In this document: positions 46,111 through 59,740 of the stretch, in pieces
Layout: each line of letters starts with the position of its first letter
Position numbering within the stretch: the stretch's first letter is position 1
Assembly: GCF_009914755.1 (NCBI RefSeq)
Contig: NC_060938.1
Length of the DNA: 64,000 bases
Reading direction: 5' to 3' (one strand)
Source of the DNA: the human T2T-CHM13v2.0 reference genome, Homo sapiens
Notes under the pieces: model-generated
The model's database searches: none
Seen by the model: the letters and a program-made list of their open reading frames with translations, nothing else
What the model was told of the DNA's origin: nothing
Translations under genes and position numbers: made by a program

Positions 46111-47241
46111 GCCCATGCACCTTCCCCTTCTCCACTTCTGCCTCTAAGAATAGGGCCAACAGGCCAAGAGCACCCTGAAATGAAACTCCTATTTCCTTGT
46201 AGATGCATCCAGGCCCCCACCAAGCCCATGGGGGACGCCTCCTGGGGAGCTGCCCACTGAGGAGAAGGAGCAGCAGAGGGCAGGCAGGACACAACTGAGC
46301 CTCATGCTGCTGCCTTTGTTCTCTTCCCTGCCCCAGACCCCACTGTGGGCATCTCTCATTTCATGGACCTACCCTCCCAGGGCCCTCGCTGGGCCAGCCC
46401 CTGGGCCAGGCCTTGGAGGTGCCGAGGAAGACAAACTGTGGTCTTGGCCTTAAGGAGCCACACTGGAGAGGCCATCCCGACAGGCGAGTGGGCCAGCGCT
46501 GCCCACAGGTGGGAAATGCTGCCCTGGGCACTGCCAGGCTGTAGGTTGTCAAAGAGATGGTCTGAGCCGCTGCAGCAGAAGATGGGAAGGGACCTTCCTT
46601 CCAGCAGGAGGAGCAGCACTTCCCATGCTCCCCACCAGAGTCCCTTCAATGGCAGAGGAAGGCAAGCCTCCAGAGTCTGGACATGCAGCCCAGAGTAGCC
46701 ATGCCCCTGCAAGTGTGTCCAGCCCCGTTCTCTACCTGCACTTGTTTTATTATAGAAATAACGCTTTCAATCACCTCCCAGCGAGTAAGGTGGGTGCTTC
46801 TGGAAATGTGGCAGGGTCTGCTTCTCCAGGCTGAGAACACAGGAGCAGCCCGTAAGGGGTTTTAAACAGAGAAATGACATAGTCACATCACTCTTCCGAA
46901 AAGAGACATTTTGGCCACAGTGTGTCCAAGGAGAGACTGCGATGAGGAGCTGCTGCGAGGTTCCAGGTGGAGGCCCTGGGAATGCATCCAAGAGCCAGAG
47001 CCTGGGTGCAGCTGGGAGCCGTGGGGAAAGAGAGGAGTGGTAGCGCCTGAAAAATCCCTGAACTGGGACCCTGTCCCACGGCTCCCACTGCTGCCCCTCC
47101 ACCGGAGGCTGTCATGATGGTGTGTCCTCTCCATCTGAGCAAGGGTCGTCGGTATTTCTCTGTGGGATTTTTCAATGTAGGTCTTTTCCCAACAAGATGC
47201 TAAGCTCCACTGTTTGGTCGGTTGGGAGATAAATTCATTTA

Positions 47242-47284
47242 TTGGTTGGTTGGTTGGTTGGTTGGTTGGTTGGTTGGTTGGTTG
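47242..47284. repeat. (TTGG)n microsatellite with degenerate flanks
   Basis: About 10 perfect units. Confidence 0.95.
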
Positions 47285-48989
47285 CTCAGTTTGTTAGTAA
47301 GTTGGTCGGTAAGTTGATTAGTTGGTAGGTCATTGGTTGATTAATTCGTTGGTTTTCTTTGAATTGTGATCATGTACAACATGGTCAGTGAGTACCATGT
47401 ATATAGTAGGTCTGTGATTGATATCTGCTGAGTATTCTCACCTCTATGTTATCTCGTTTTATTCTTACAACATCTAGGTGCTCCAGGAAGGGAAGGAAGT
47501 GATCATTTCTAAGTTACAGGTGAGAAAACCCTGACTCAGAGAGGGATGGCAACTTGCCCACAGTGCTGCAGCCAGGAAGGGGCACAGAGATCCCAGCCTT
47601 GGCCCCCTGATGCCCAGCCTAGTCTTCCTACTTCTGGGCATTAAATCCTGCTGTCCCACAGGACCTGGATAGGCTGTCCTCACGAGAAGTGGGTAAAGAT
47701 TCACTACAAAAACAACATGACTCATGAATGGCTCTGGATCCCAGGATCCAAGGTTCAAGTAGGCTGGGCTGCCTTCAGAGCTATGGCACTCATGTTCTGC
47801 AGGCCAGGCTCTCCAAGACCCCTTGGGGAGAACTGCCTGGCAGGTGTGCAAACCATCAGCCCCCCAGAGCAAAAGAAAAGCAAATGGGCCATGGAAAATC
47901 CATGGAGGATGGCCAAACCTGCAGCCAAGCAGGATGACAGCACTGTCCACACTACACACAGAGCCTGCCAAAGAGTCACACAGGTGGCCTTGACAGGCTG
48001 GAGCAGAGGGTGGGCTGGGACAAAAACAGAAGGGAAAAGCAGGCCTCTCTATGGCCCCTCACACAGTAAGCCGAGCCCACCCCCAGGGCCCCATACACAC
48101 CCACCATTCTTGAATAGCTCTGACTCTCCCAGAACTCTCTGGGTCATAGCTGGAGGTGCAGAGTGCTGTGGAGTTAACCGCACAGGCTGTGAATTCAGCC
48201 AGCCCAGCTGGGTTCAAATCCAGCAAGGCAGAGGCAGTCGTAGAACTCAGGAGTCTCTGGGCCCCAGCTCCCCTCCAGCCCACTCCATGGCTGCCAGTGT
48301 AGGCCCTGAGGAAGTCTAACTGTCATAGGGCTTTTATTTCTGATGAATGAGAGGAAACCCTTCATGGCAACATCAAGAAAAAAAAATGAGGGAAAATAGC
48401 ATGTTTGTTCCCTATTACTAATCGTGCGGCCTTGGGGTTTTCTTAGTCTGTATTTTTGGTACACTGGTTTTACATAAGCTCATTACCCTCACACCACTCG
48501 ACAAATTCAGTTAGCAGGTCATCACTCCTGCATCCTCAGAACATCCTGCTGTGCTGCGTGGCATGAATAGCACTGAAAGATCATCCATTTCAAATGAGTG
48601 TGAATCTGTTCATTGATTACCTTCCACCACGAGGAGCTCCCTACCACCACCTGGAAGAATGCCTCCCAGGTCTCACCTCCCACTTATGTGGAGCTGAGTG
48701 AGCTTCGAAGTCCACTGACTACTGTCCTCCCTCTGGCCCACAACGTAAAGGTGGTGAGCATCCCCAGCTAAGACCCTGCAGGAAAGGGGAGACCACCCCC
48801 ACCCCACAGGAGAGCTCACTGGCTTCAGTGAGTTCCAGTCCCTGCTCTGCCACCAACCAATTGAATGGCCTTGAGCAAGTCACTCAACCCACACAATCTT
48901 CATGGGAATAACTGCAGAGTGCCTTTCGAAGCATCCTACAGGGAGAATGTCTGGAAATGGTTTAGCATAAAACCAGGCATAGGGGAATA

Positions 48990-49230
48990 ATAATAGCCAA
49001 CACTTACTGGCGCTCATCACAGGCTGGACACTTCTCTCTGTATTTTCCATTCGTTACCTTGGATAGTCCTCGCAAATGCTTCTGTGGTTGGCTCTAATGC
49101 TCCCATCCCTGCTTTGCAGATGAGGAAACTGAGACGCAAAGAACTAAGTACCTTGCCCGGGATTTTGCATCTAGTGAGTGACAGATCAGGGGTATTAACC
49201 CAGGTCATTTAGTGGTGAGTTCTGTGCTCT
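48990..49230. mobile_element. MIR SINE
   Basis: tttgcagatgaggaaactgagacgcaaagaactaagtaccttgcccggga. Confidence 0.8.
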
Positions 49231-49822
49231 TGACATCGGTGCTACAGACCCAGAGAGAAAGAGAGACCCTATGCATAGCCAGTGTCATTACTGCTCCTAA
49301 GCTGGGTACTCACTGACAAGGCAGCTTTGCTGGACGGTCATGCTTTGGTATTCTAGGCCTGCTTCTGAGGAAGCAGTTCAGGCTCTCTCTCCTTGGGTAG
49401 ACGAGGGATTCTCTCTCTGGCACACTGCCTTGGCAGTACAATCAACAAGTGAAAGGAGGAGAAACCTGAGCTTACAAAATCAACCTTAAGAACCCTGTTT
49501 CCTAATGTGGAAAGGATCAACAAAGACCTCCAGCGATGCGTCACTCTTGCTGCCGGTCGCTGCCAAGCCCAGCCACCCAGCTAGCGGGACGCACACACAC
49601 TTGTGCTCACACTTGCTGTTGCAACTTGCCTTCCAGTCCCCCCACCCACCCCCATTACAGGATAGGAAATTCATCCTTCACTCCCTTCCTCCCAGTAAGC
49701 AAGATAGGAATGCCAGGGCTGCTCCAAGGGGGAGAGAATTTGCTCACTGGAGCCAGTTCCAAGATAAACAGAAACTTTGTCTCTGATAGCCTGTGAAACC
49801 AGACACGCTTTCTCTTCCACAC

Positions 49823-50045
49823 GGTGTGTGTGTATGTGTGCATGCACACACATGTATGAATACACTGGTGAGTGTATTTAAGTGTACATCAGTGTGTGCG
49901 AGTGTGTCTGGCGTGTGTGTGCGCAGGTGCACGAACATAAGAATGTATTCGTGAAAGTATGTGTTTGGTGTACGTCAGTGTGTGCAAGTATGTCTGGTGT
50001 GTGGTACATCAGTGTGTGCGAGTGTGTCTGGTGCGCGAGTGTGTT
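49823..50045. repeat. TG-rich low-complexity tract with three ~30-bp units
   Basis: gtacatcagtgtgtgcgagtgtgtctgg-like unit at ~49884, ~49970 and ~50004. Confidence 0.85.
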
Positions 50046-51439
50046 GTGAGGGTGATTGGAGAGGGAGTCTGTGTTGAGCCAGGAAGCGCCACCAGGAACA
50101 TCATTACTAAGAATCAAGAGAGCAGGTCTAAACCGAGAGTCCCTCAACAGTGAACCCTGGAGGAGACTCCCCCTCTCCTCCTCTTGCTCCTTTCCATCCA
50201 TTCCCAAACCCCTTGGGCGGAAAGTCCCGAGCCCCTCCAAGCTGTTTTATGCTTAATGAAGCTGAATTTTAACGAGGAGAAATATCAGAGATTAAGTTAT
50301 CTGCCTGCCAATGAAGACAGTGCCCTGGGTCCACTGGTCAAATTGGTCTAGCAAAGCCACTAGTGTCAATCAAATCACCAGAGGTCAGAGCTAGCAGCAG
50401 CTGAAAACCCATGCGGTCAAGCCAATCCATTTCACAGATGAGGACTTCTGGGGGAAGAGGAAAAGGCAAATCCAGCACAGGCTGGGGACCTACAGCCATG
50501 TGCCTTTACATCTGTCCTCCTGAGCCCTGTGCCAGCCTTTAAGACAAGTGTCCACAGTTCCTCCTTGCCCTGGAGGCTCAGGTGGGTGAAGGAGAGCCAG
50601 GGATCCAGGCTGCTGACTCCTCACCTAGTGCTCTTTGATCTCAGCTCCTACTGTCTCAGGTTTGGCTTTACTGACTATTTGCCGCACAGTGGGGTGTTCA
50701 GATTTGGAGCTTGAGTGGGAAGGGAGATGAGCGGATGTATTAGAGTTGGTGGATTTTGCTGTTGACTGGCTGTTCGCATTCAACCCAGACACCGAAGCCT
50801 GCTCGAGAGGTGCAGTCATTGTCCCTTCCTTCCTGTTCCTTCAGTCAAGCCCCTCCCATCTCTGGGCCTTGCTTCCCTGCCTGTGTGACCTCCTCTGAGG
50901 CCTCCTGAGACCATGAGGCCTGTCTAGGGAGTCGGGTCCCCTTGTGCAGCACTGGACCTGGCTCCCTGGAGCTCCATCCAGCCTCCTTCCCTGCTCCTCC
51001 AGCGTCTATTCCAAGCAGCGTCCTCTCTAGGAGGCTGTCACTCACGGAGCTTGGGATGCTGCACAGAGATCAGAGATGGCTGCAGAGGAAGGAGCCAGCC
51101 AGAGCTGGAGCGAGAAACATAGGGCCTGCCCTGGGACAACCCCTGCTCGGCGCCTCCCTTCCTGGCCCTGCCTCTAGTCTGGCCTCCATGCTCTCTTGCC
51201 TCACTCGACTTCGTCCCCACTTTTCCGCTGACTTGCACATCTATCTGTGTCACTCTCCCTCCCTCTCTCTCGGAGACAGTCTCTATTCTTCCTGCTCCAT
51301 CTTCCCTCTCTCCTCTTGCTGGCATCTCTCTGCTTCTGTCTCTGGCTTTTCTCCATTTGACTTTGTCTTTATTTCTCCAGGTCTCTCTTCCCTGTCAGGA
51401 TCTCTCCCATCTGCTCCTTTCTTTGTCTCTACCATGATA

Positions 51440-51595
51440 GGACGAGAATCCAACAGCCTCGGGTTCAAATCCAGGTTCAACCCCTTGCAAGCTAGTTGAT
51501 CCTTTTACCTCTCAGAGCCTCGGTCTCCTAATCTGTAAAATGGAGATAATAAAATCTATCTCACCGGAATCTTAGAAGGGTTCAATGAGGGAATA
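51440..51595. mobile_element. MIR SINE
   Basis: gggttcaaatcc...ctctcagagcctcggtctcctaatctgtaaaatggagataata. Confidence 0.8.
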
Positions 51596-51855
51596 GCAGG
51601 AAAATAGTAAAGAAGCAGGACGCAGTGGTGGTTGAGAGCGGGAGACAACCATGGCAGAAGCGTGGGCCTGGGAACTGGAGGGGAAAGACGGCGCCTTCTC
51701 CTCCCCACGCCCTCTCCTTCCCCTGCTCCTCCTCCAGTCTCCTCCCCATCCTCTCGCCGTCTCTCTGTTCCTTATAACGGGGCTCAGTAGATGCTCAGCT
51801 GTCGCCCCCTTGCTCCTGTGCTCATTGTCCCTCTCCCCAAGAAAGAGCAGTGCCC

Positions 51856-52025
51856 AGCCGGGTGCAGTGGCTCACGTCTGTAATCCCAGCACTTTGGGAG
51901 GCCGAGGTGGGCAGATCACAAGGTCAGTAGTTCGAGACCAGCCTGGCCAACATAGTGAAACCCTATCTCTACTAAAAATACAAAAAAAAAAAGATTAGCT
52001 GGGCGTGGTGACAGGTGCCTATAGT
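51856..52025 (+). mobile_element. Alu truncated in the right monomer
   Basis: Stops at ggtgcctatagt and runs into (GAAA)n. Confidence 0.93.
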
Positions 52026-52029
52026 GAAA

Positions 52030-52074
<45 letters not shown>

Positions 52075-52173
52075 GAAAGAAAGAGCGAGAGAGAGAGAGG
52101 GAGGGAGGGAGGGAGGAAGGAAGGAAGGAAGGAAGGAAGGAAGGAAGGAAGGAAGGAAGGAAGGACGAAAGAA
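52026..52173. repeat. Compound polypurine microsatellite (GAAA)n(GA)n(GGGA)n(GGAA)n
   Basis: Seen directly. Confidence 0.97.
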
Positions 52174-52351
52174 GTGCCTGAAGCCCATTCCACATAACAA
52201 TAAGCAAAAGAAACCTCTAGAAATAACTCCTTGGCCACATGGAAGGAGATGCCCCTTTTTTTGTCTATAAAATTGGCAAAATTAAAGAAGTCATTGTTAA
52301 CACCCAGCCTAGGAAAGAGAGCAGGGGATGTGAAGGTGCCCATGTGGCTGA

Positions 52352-52723
<372 letters not shown>

Positions 52724-52900
52724 TGAATACATGAGTGGGATATGGACAACAAATGAATAATAATATTTTATATAATGTACCATATAATTTATATATGATG
52801 CACATATACATTTAGACATATGATTTTTATATGTGTAACACGTAACGTGTATATATTTATATATACAATACTTAAGGTATGTAAAAAATTGTGACTTATC

Positions 52901-53186
<286 letters not shown>

Positions 53187-56100
53187 TTGCAAATGAGAAC
53201 ATTGTAGCAATCTAAAGTGCCTAGAAATGTCACTGACTACCTTGGGAAGTAGTGAGTTCCCCGTCATGGAAAGTGTGCAGGCAGAGGCTGGAGGGCTGCC
53301 CATGGGAGCTGCTGGGAAGGTGAGCCGTGTCCAGGAGAGGAGGTACGGAGAACTGGGCACTCCACGGCCCTTGGTTCTCAGTCTTGATGGCTGCTCAGCA
53401 GGAATGGGCTGGGGAGGGGGCATTGTCCCCTTGCAAGGTTGGGGGTCTGAGCCCAGGGAGGACAGAGAGGACCAGAGGAAGTGTCAGGAGCAGCCAGCCT
53501 TGACTTCTCGTTCTAAGTCTGGGGTTTCAGGCGGCCTGGGAATGCCTGGCCATGCAGGGATGCTCAGCCCTGCTGCAGCCTCCACACTGCGTGGGAGGAA
53601 ACAGCTGACAGCAAGGCTTCAGATGGGAACCTGTGACTGTCCCCCTCTCTCACCACCACCGGCATCCCCGCACCAAACTCCTCAACAGGGCCAGCAGCGG
53701 GAGTGAGTTCGTTCCAAGGAATCGGCAGGCTGGGGGAGGGATTGGGTCCTCCAGAAATGAAACTGGCACCAGCATATGGCCACTCTGCTTGGTACCAGGG
53801 CATATGGGGAAAGATGCTAAGAAATGCTGGTTCCTCATGCTCTACGGTCTAACCCCGGGGGAGCTGGAGTCAGGAAGACCTGGCTCTGAATCCCAGCCCT
53901 ATACTTACAGGCCTAAGTCACTTGTTCTGTTTGAGCCTTACTTTTCTCTATAAAATGGGATAATCCTAGGCCCTGTCTTCTAGGGTTGTGCCAGCTCAGA
54001 CCTAACACCCTGCAAGTGCGCAGCAGATGTGAATTCCTTCCCCTTTTCCTGAGCAAGCTCGTGAGGGTGTGTGAAATCTGTGAAAACTTAGGGCCCTAAA
54101 AACGGACAAGAATAAGAAGGTTCAAATCCTAGACCCATCTCTGCCTTACAGAGTCCCTTCAATCAAGTCCCATTCCCTCTCTGGACCTTGTTTTCTGTTC
54201 GAGAAATGAAGGCCTTAGCCCTCCAAATTTGCCCCAGACCTGTGGCATCAGAATGAGCCTAGGTAAGAGCAAAACCTCTGGGCTTTGGAATCCGTATCTT
54301 CAAAGCTGCACAGGGAACTCAGAGGCAGATCAATATTTAAGAAGCATGACACAAGATGCTGCCTCATGTCATGACCTGTTTCTATCCTGATGGCCATCCT
54401 GAGAGGCAAAGGGGCACTGGGGTTGGTCCCGTTAAAGACGGGGAAACAGAGGCCCAGGGAGCTGTGTCACTCCGGGCGGTAGAGAATCTGCTGTGCTCTG
54501 CTCTCACCCACTTTTTCTTTTCTTCAGAAAAATAAAATCAAAGCATCATCATAAGGCCATGACTCAGGTACCCCTCTTTCCCCAGCCACAGGGCACGCTC
54601 CCAGCACCTCTCAGATTTGGGAGCTCTTGAGCCCCATCGCAGAAGTCTCCTGGTCACAGCTCTCGCTCCACTCTGGGTGTTTCTGAGAGAGACAGAGGGA
54701 GACAGGGTTCCCGCAACGTCTGAGTCTTCTCTCCCCTGCCTGCAGTCAGAAGTAAAAGTCCTTACTCATTTTTGTAGGAAAGAGCCAAGGCAGGGAGTCA
54801 CAGTCGGGTGGGGGCAGGGGGTGGAATGAGGCCTGTTTCTTGGGGGCAGGGCAGCAGAGTTGTGAGTGCTGTGAAACCCCCTCTGTATTTTGCTTTCTCC
54901 CTCTGTTTCGTCGCAAAGCGGTTCCTTATTTGGGGAGCATCTGACTATGATCACGGCTCCATTTGCATGAGAAGTCTTGGGAGGGAAAAAGAACTTGTCA
55001 CATTTCTCCCACAAGAGTATGTTCACACCAAGAACAAGGGAGATGCCAACAGTGGCCTTTGCCGTCACCAGAAGTGGCAGCTGAGTTGAAGAATTTCCTC
55101 CTCGAGGCACGTTCTCCCCCATGTCTCTACGAAGTGACTTCTCTCTAGGGAAAGTGGATCTCCCCGTCACCAGTGAGGCCTCCCCACCCACCCTCTGCAC
55201 TCAGCGCTCCAGTGAAAAATATGTCCTGTCTCAGCTACAGGTTTATGAGGCCCCGTTTCAAAGATGACAGTCTCCTCTCCAGGCGAGAACGGGAGAGCCA
55301 GGGCCAACTGTTACAAAACAGGCTTCTTGGAAGGAAGCCGGTGGGGGTGGGGAGGGAGACCCACAGTCAGATAGGACGGCATTTCCCAGGAGCCCCACAA
55401 GACTGCACACGATTTCAATCAGGGGAGGACACTGGCTGTTAGCCACTCCGCCTCCCAGCCAGACCCATCCAGATGTCTGCAGAACATCCTGTCACCCGCA
55501 GGTGCCACGCCGCCTCCCTCCGGTAGTCTTCCCTTGCCCCGGGGCAGGAGGGCACACCTGAAACACACCCCAGCCCTCAGGCTCTCCAAGGCCAGGCATC
55601 ACTGCTCAAACCACTCACACATGGGTGCAGGTTACAGCCCACAGTACAGCCAGCACAATGTTGGACATGAAGTGAGGCACAGGCCCTGAGCTACTCCAGG
55701 GCTGCTGTTCTCGGGGGGTGACATTTCCAGGTGTTACATAGGAAGTGGCATGGTGGCCCTGTTTGTACTCAGTGGAGGATGTATTTCCAGAGGGAACTCC
55801 CAAGCAGGAAATCAAATAAATGCTCCTTGTAGTCAAAGGGAGGACACAGACGCCATGGCCCTGAGCACAGTAGAAAGAGCCAAGAGGCAGGGAGCTGCAG
55901 CAGAGTTCAGGCCCTGCCTCCTGGGTTCAGAAATACTGCTGTGTGCAAAGGCAGAAGCAGAGAGGACTCAGTATGGAGGGCCTGGGGTTGCAAGGCTGGG
56001 GACCTGGGGGAGATCAAGGCCAAAGCCACGGCAGCTGATCAGCATAGGCCCAGAGCAGTTTCTGCAGGCCTCACCGGCTCCTCAGTGGGACAGACAAGTA

Positions 56101-57227
56101 CCCTTGTTCGAGCCCCCTCAACCTCCTTTCGAGCCTGTCATGCCTGAAAGACATTCTTGTTCTAGGGTGCGGGTTCCATCATGTTCCACCCCAGGACTGC
56201 TAAATCCCCAGGTTGAGAGCTGGTCCCCAGGATAATATTACCATCCACAGATATCCGGACCCAGTGGATCCCACTGGACTCCAGTCATGCCTCACAGCAC
56301 ATTGGGCAAAGTGGAGGGGCAGGCCCCTTTAGAGAGTTCCAGCTGAGCAGCCTCCACAGGGCACCTCAGCTTCTGCCATTCTCCTTGGACGCTGCTGCTG
56401 GCAGAACGTCCTCCCTCTGCACCTGGAGTGGGGAATATGGGCCACATCTTTTCTCTGCCTCACCATCTGACCTTGGCGGTCCCCTTCCCATTTTGGGGTC
56501 ACACTGTCTTCAGCTGATCAAGAGCAGCTTGGCCGAATGATGTCTGAGGCTCTTTTCTGCCTGTTTCCTCCTGAAGTGGTTCCTTTGAATCTGAAGTTAA
56601 AAATGGCAAGATTCTGCCCTCTGAATTTTGTTCTCAGAAGGGTCAGGTTTAAAACCTGGGCTCAGAGCAAAGCCTAGGAATTCAGCAAGTTCAGGTCAGC
56701 ATGGATTCAGTCCTTTATCATCAAGCAAAGGCACGGCCCCGACCTCCCGCAAAGCGTCTCTGTCACTTTCACCGCCGTACTGGAATGGCCCCACTTTTGT
56801 GCTCTCTTGTGATCTTCTCTTTCCTCCCTGCCTGCCCCTCACTCTGCTCTGCCTCCTTTCCTCCAACAGCATCATTCTGCAGGGCCAAGGCAGCGCTCCC
56901 TCCCATTTGGACATGAGCTGGGCCTTAAAGGTTGGAGAGAATGTCAGCGGGGCTGAGTGCAGCCTGGAGCTCTTAGATCGGGGCTGCAGGCAGCCTCAGA
57001 AGAAACTAGCGTCTCTGTGTGAGATTGTGCCCATACCCACTTTCCTGGAGTGGCTTTAGTCAATGTCTTAAAGTGTTCTGTGACCCAGAAAAGGCTCCAA
57101 ACCCAAGCAATACCAGGAGAACGCTGGAGGTGTGTGATCCACACCTCACACTCTTTACGGAGGACCTGCTGTGGGCCAGGAACCGTGCCGGGTGCTGCAC
57201 AGACCGTGGTGATTAAAGACTGTCTTC

Positions 57228-57532
57228 AGCCGGGCACAGTGGCTAACACCTATAATCCCAGCACTTTGGGAGGCCAAGGTGGGCGGATCAGGAGGTCAGA
57301 GTTTGAGACCAGCCTGGCCAACATAGTGAAACCCCATCTCTACTAAAAATACAAAACTTAGCCAGGCATGGTGGCATGTGCCTGTAGTCCCAGCTACTCA
57401 GGAGGCTGAAGCAGGAGAATCACTTGAATCCAGGAGGCAGAGGTTGCAGTGAGCCAAGATCGCACCACTGCACTCCAGCCAGGGCAACAGAGCAAGACTC
57501 CTTCTCAAAACAAAACAAAACAAACAAACAAA
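57228..57532 (+). mobile_element. AluSg-like with (CAAAA)n/(CAAA)n tail
   Basis: TSD aaagactgtcttca / aaagatgtcctca. Confidence 0.95.
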
Positions 57533-59409
57533 GATGTCCTCATGGTGCTTGCAGTCTCTTGGGAAGTGGGGAGTATAGGTCTCAGGCACAGAAATGCAGG
57601 CAATGTACATGGCAGCTCTGCAGGCGAGTGGTCCCTGGATGGGCCCAGGAGGTGGCTGGCAGCCCACTGTGGTGCAGGTAGGGGATTGGGGTCCTGAAGA
57701 TGGAGAAGCAACAGGCTGCAGCCAAATCCAAGTCCAGAGGGGCCGGCTGGGAGCCTGGCCTGCAGAGGGTTTGGGGTCAGGAAAGAGTGAGCAGGAGGCC
57801 AATGGGAAGGCCACGCAAGTAACCCCTGTCAGGGGAGGGTTGAGCGGGATGAGCGACTCCATTTGACAGATGAGAACACTGAGACATGGAGGGATTAGGC
57901 AGCTGGAGAATGTCCAGTAGGATCCTGCTGTTGCTTCACAAGAGCCCCCATCTTCCAGGCAACATAATGGGGGCCAGTGGGAAACCCCAGGCATTGAATG
58001 AAAGAAACTCATCACCTACCATCAAAACCTGCTCCCTCCTCCAGAGGAATGTTGGTCTGTGAGCTCCTCAGAGGTAAAGCTTGGTTAGCATGTGCCAGGC
58101 ATGCAATAGAAGGTGGGTAGTTACCTAGATGAAGAAATACACTGTCGGAAGGTGGGGAGGTGACTGTGGCCCCATCAATGACATGGCAGGACCCCTCCTC
58201 ACTTAGGGGCCGAAGGGTGACCGAATCGCCCAGGGAACAGGTTCTGTATCTCACACCAAACCCTGCCCCCAACCACAGGATGGAAAATCAATACGGAGTC
58301 AGAAAAATTAATAGTCAATGGGTGGAGAGTTAAAAACCGCAGCTGAGCTCGTGTTGCTGTTTCCAATGGACAGAGCCCGGAAGCACCGCTTTTTTAGTTC
58401 AGAAAATATGGCCCCCATCAGTCGCTGGACAGTAATTACCCATTAGAGCAACAAAATGCCAATGTGCTGCTCTCCCCACGTGAAACGAGCAAACTTTTAT
58501 GATTTGGAGGGAGGAATAAATTGCTTTAAGTATGACATGTACTAACAGCTGTGCTCTGCCAGAGTGCCCTTAAGAACCCATTTTCAATAAACACCTATAG
58601 GGTATTAGAATGGGCTCTGTGCAGAAAGGCCTTCTCCCAGGGATTAAACCCAGCGGTCTGTGTGCAGCAAAGCCCCCTCTCTATCCTGACTCCTTCCCGC
58701 CCTTTCCGGCCCTCCCCCAGCCAACAAAGCCAGGTCTCAGGAGCAAATTTCCCCTCCTTCATTTCTCCACCTCCACCCCTTCTTCCCAGCCCACAGCCAC
58801 ATCACCGTCTTTCCTCCTGGGCTACAGCAGCAGGGTCCTCAGGCCTCTCTGCCTCTATGCTCACCCCGTCTGCTACAGCCTCCTCCTCCTGGCTACCAGA
58901 ATGAACTTCCCCAAATGCAAATCCAGTCGCAGCACTCCTGGCTCAAAACCCACCAATGCCTCCTTAACGCCTTCAAGATCAAGTCCGAGGCATTTTGCCC
59001 AAGGCTGAACTTGCTACTTCAGCAGCCACCCACCAGCTCTCAAATCTGTGGTTCCAGCCCCAGTTCCTGCTGCCTCTCGTTGGAGCTTCAGACAATCTAC
59101 TGCTTCTCAGGCTTCTCCACTAGGTGGTCCACAGATGCTCCAACTCATCATGGCCAGGATCAAACTTGTCACCGCAGCCCCACCCATCCCAAACTATCCC
59201 CTTCTGCTGTCTCAGGAAATTGCTCCACCTTCCAGTCAGCCAGAAGCCACCTCCGTGTGGGCCATCTGGGCCCCCCTTTCTGAGCACTTCCTACATCATA
59301 CCTATCTCTTTGGGCTCTCTCATTTCTCCCACCCCAACAACTCCTCAAATGATTTTCCTGCCCCTAATTTACCCACTTCTCCCCCACCCGACCTGCCACC
59401 CCAGGGCAG

Positions 59410-59740
59410 TGCCAGCTGCTGTTACAAATAAAAACCACAATTTCAGAGGTTTAACACAATAGAACTTCGTTTCTCACTTATGCAACCATTCAGTGCAAGG
59501 GCTCCTTGTTGCGACAGGTGCTTTTCCTGCAGGTAGTGAAGGAGAGCCTCAAGTTCCTTTCATCCTGTGGCTTTGCCAGTCCCTGGGACCTCAGACTTCT
59601 CTGCTTGCAGATAGTGGAAGAGAAAAGAGTAATGAAGATTTGGTTCTTAAGAGTCCCTGCCTTCTCCTTAACATCCCATTGGTAAGAGCTAGTCATGTGG
59701 CTACACCGAACATAGAGGGTTCTGGGAAATGTAGTTCTTC
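59410..59740 (-). mobile_element. Old MLT1-type LTR fragment
   Basis: gctgttacaaataaaaaccacaatttcagaggtttaacacaatagaac...; cattggtaagagctagtcatgtggctacacc. Confidence 0.65.

Noticed and set aside
57398-58015. 205-aa ORF and other ORFs containing [13 protein letters not shown]-type peptides (11923, 18302, 29204, 52373, 62204)
   Set aside because: Antisense Alu translations
59117-59128. CTCF-like ccactaggtggt
   Set aside because: Single partial match in L2-like sequence; insufficient on its own
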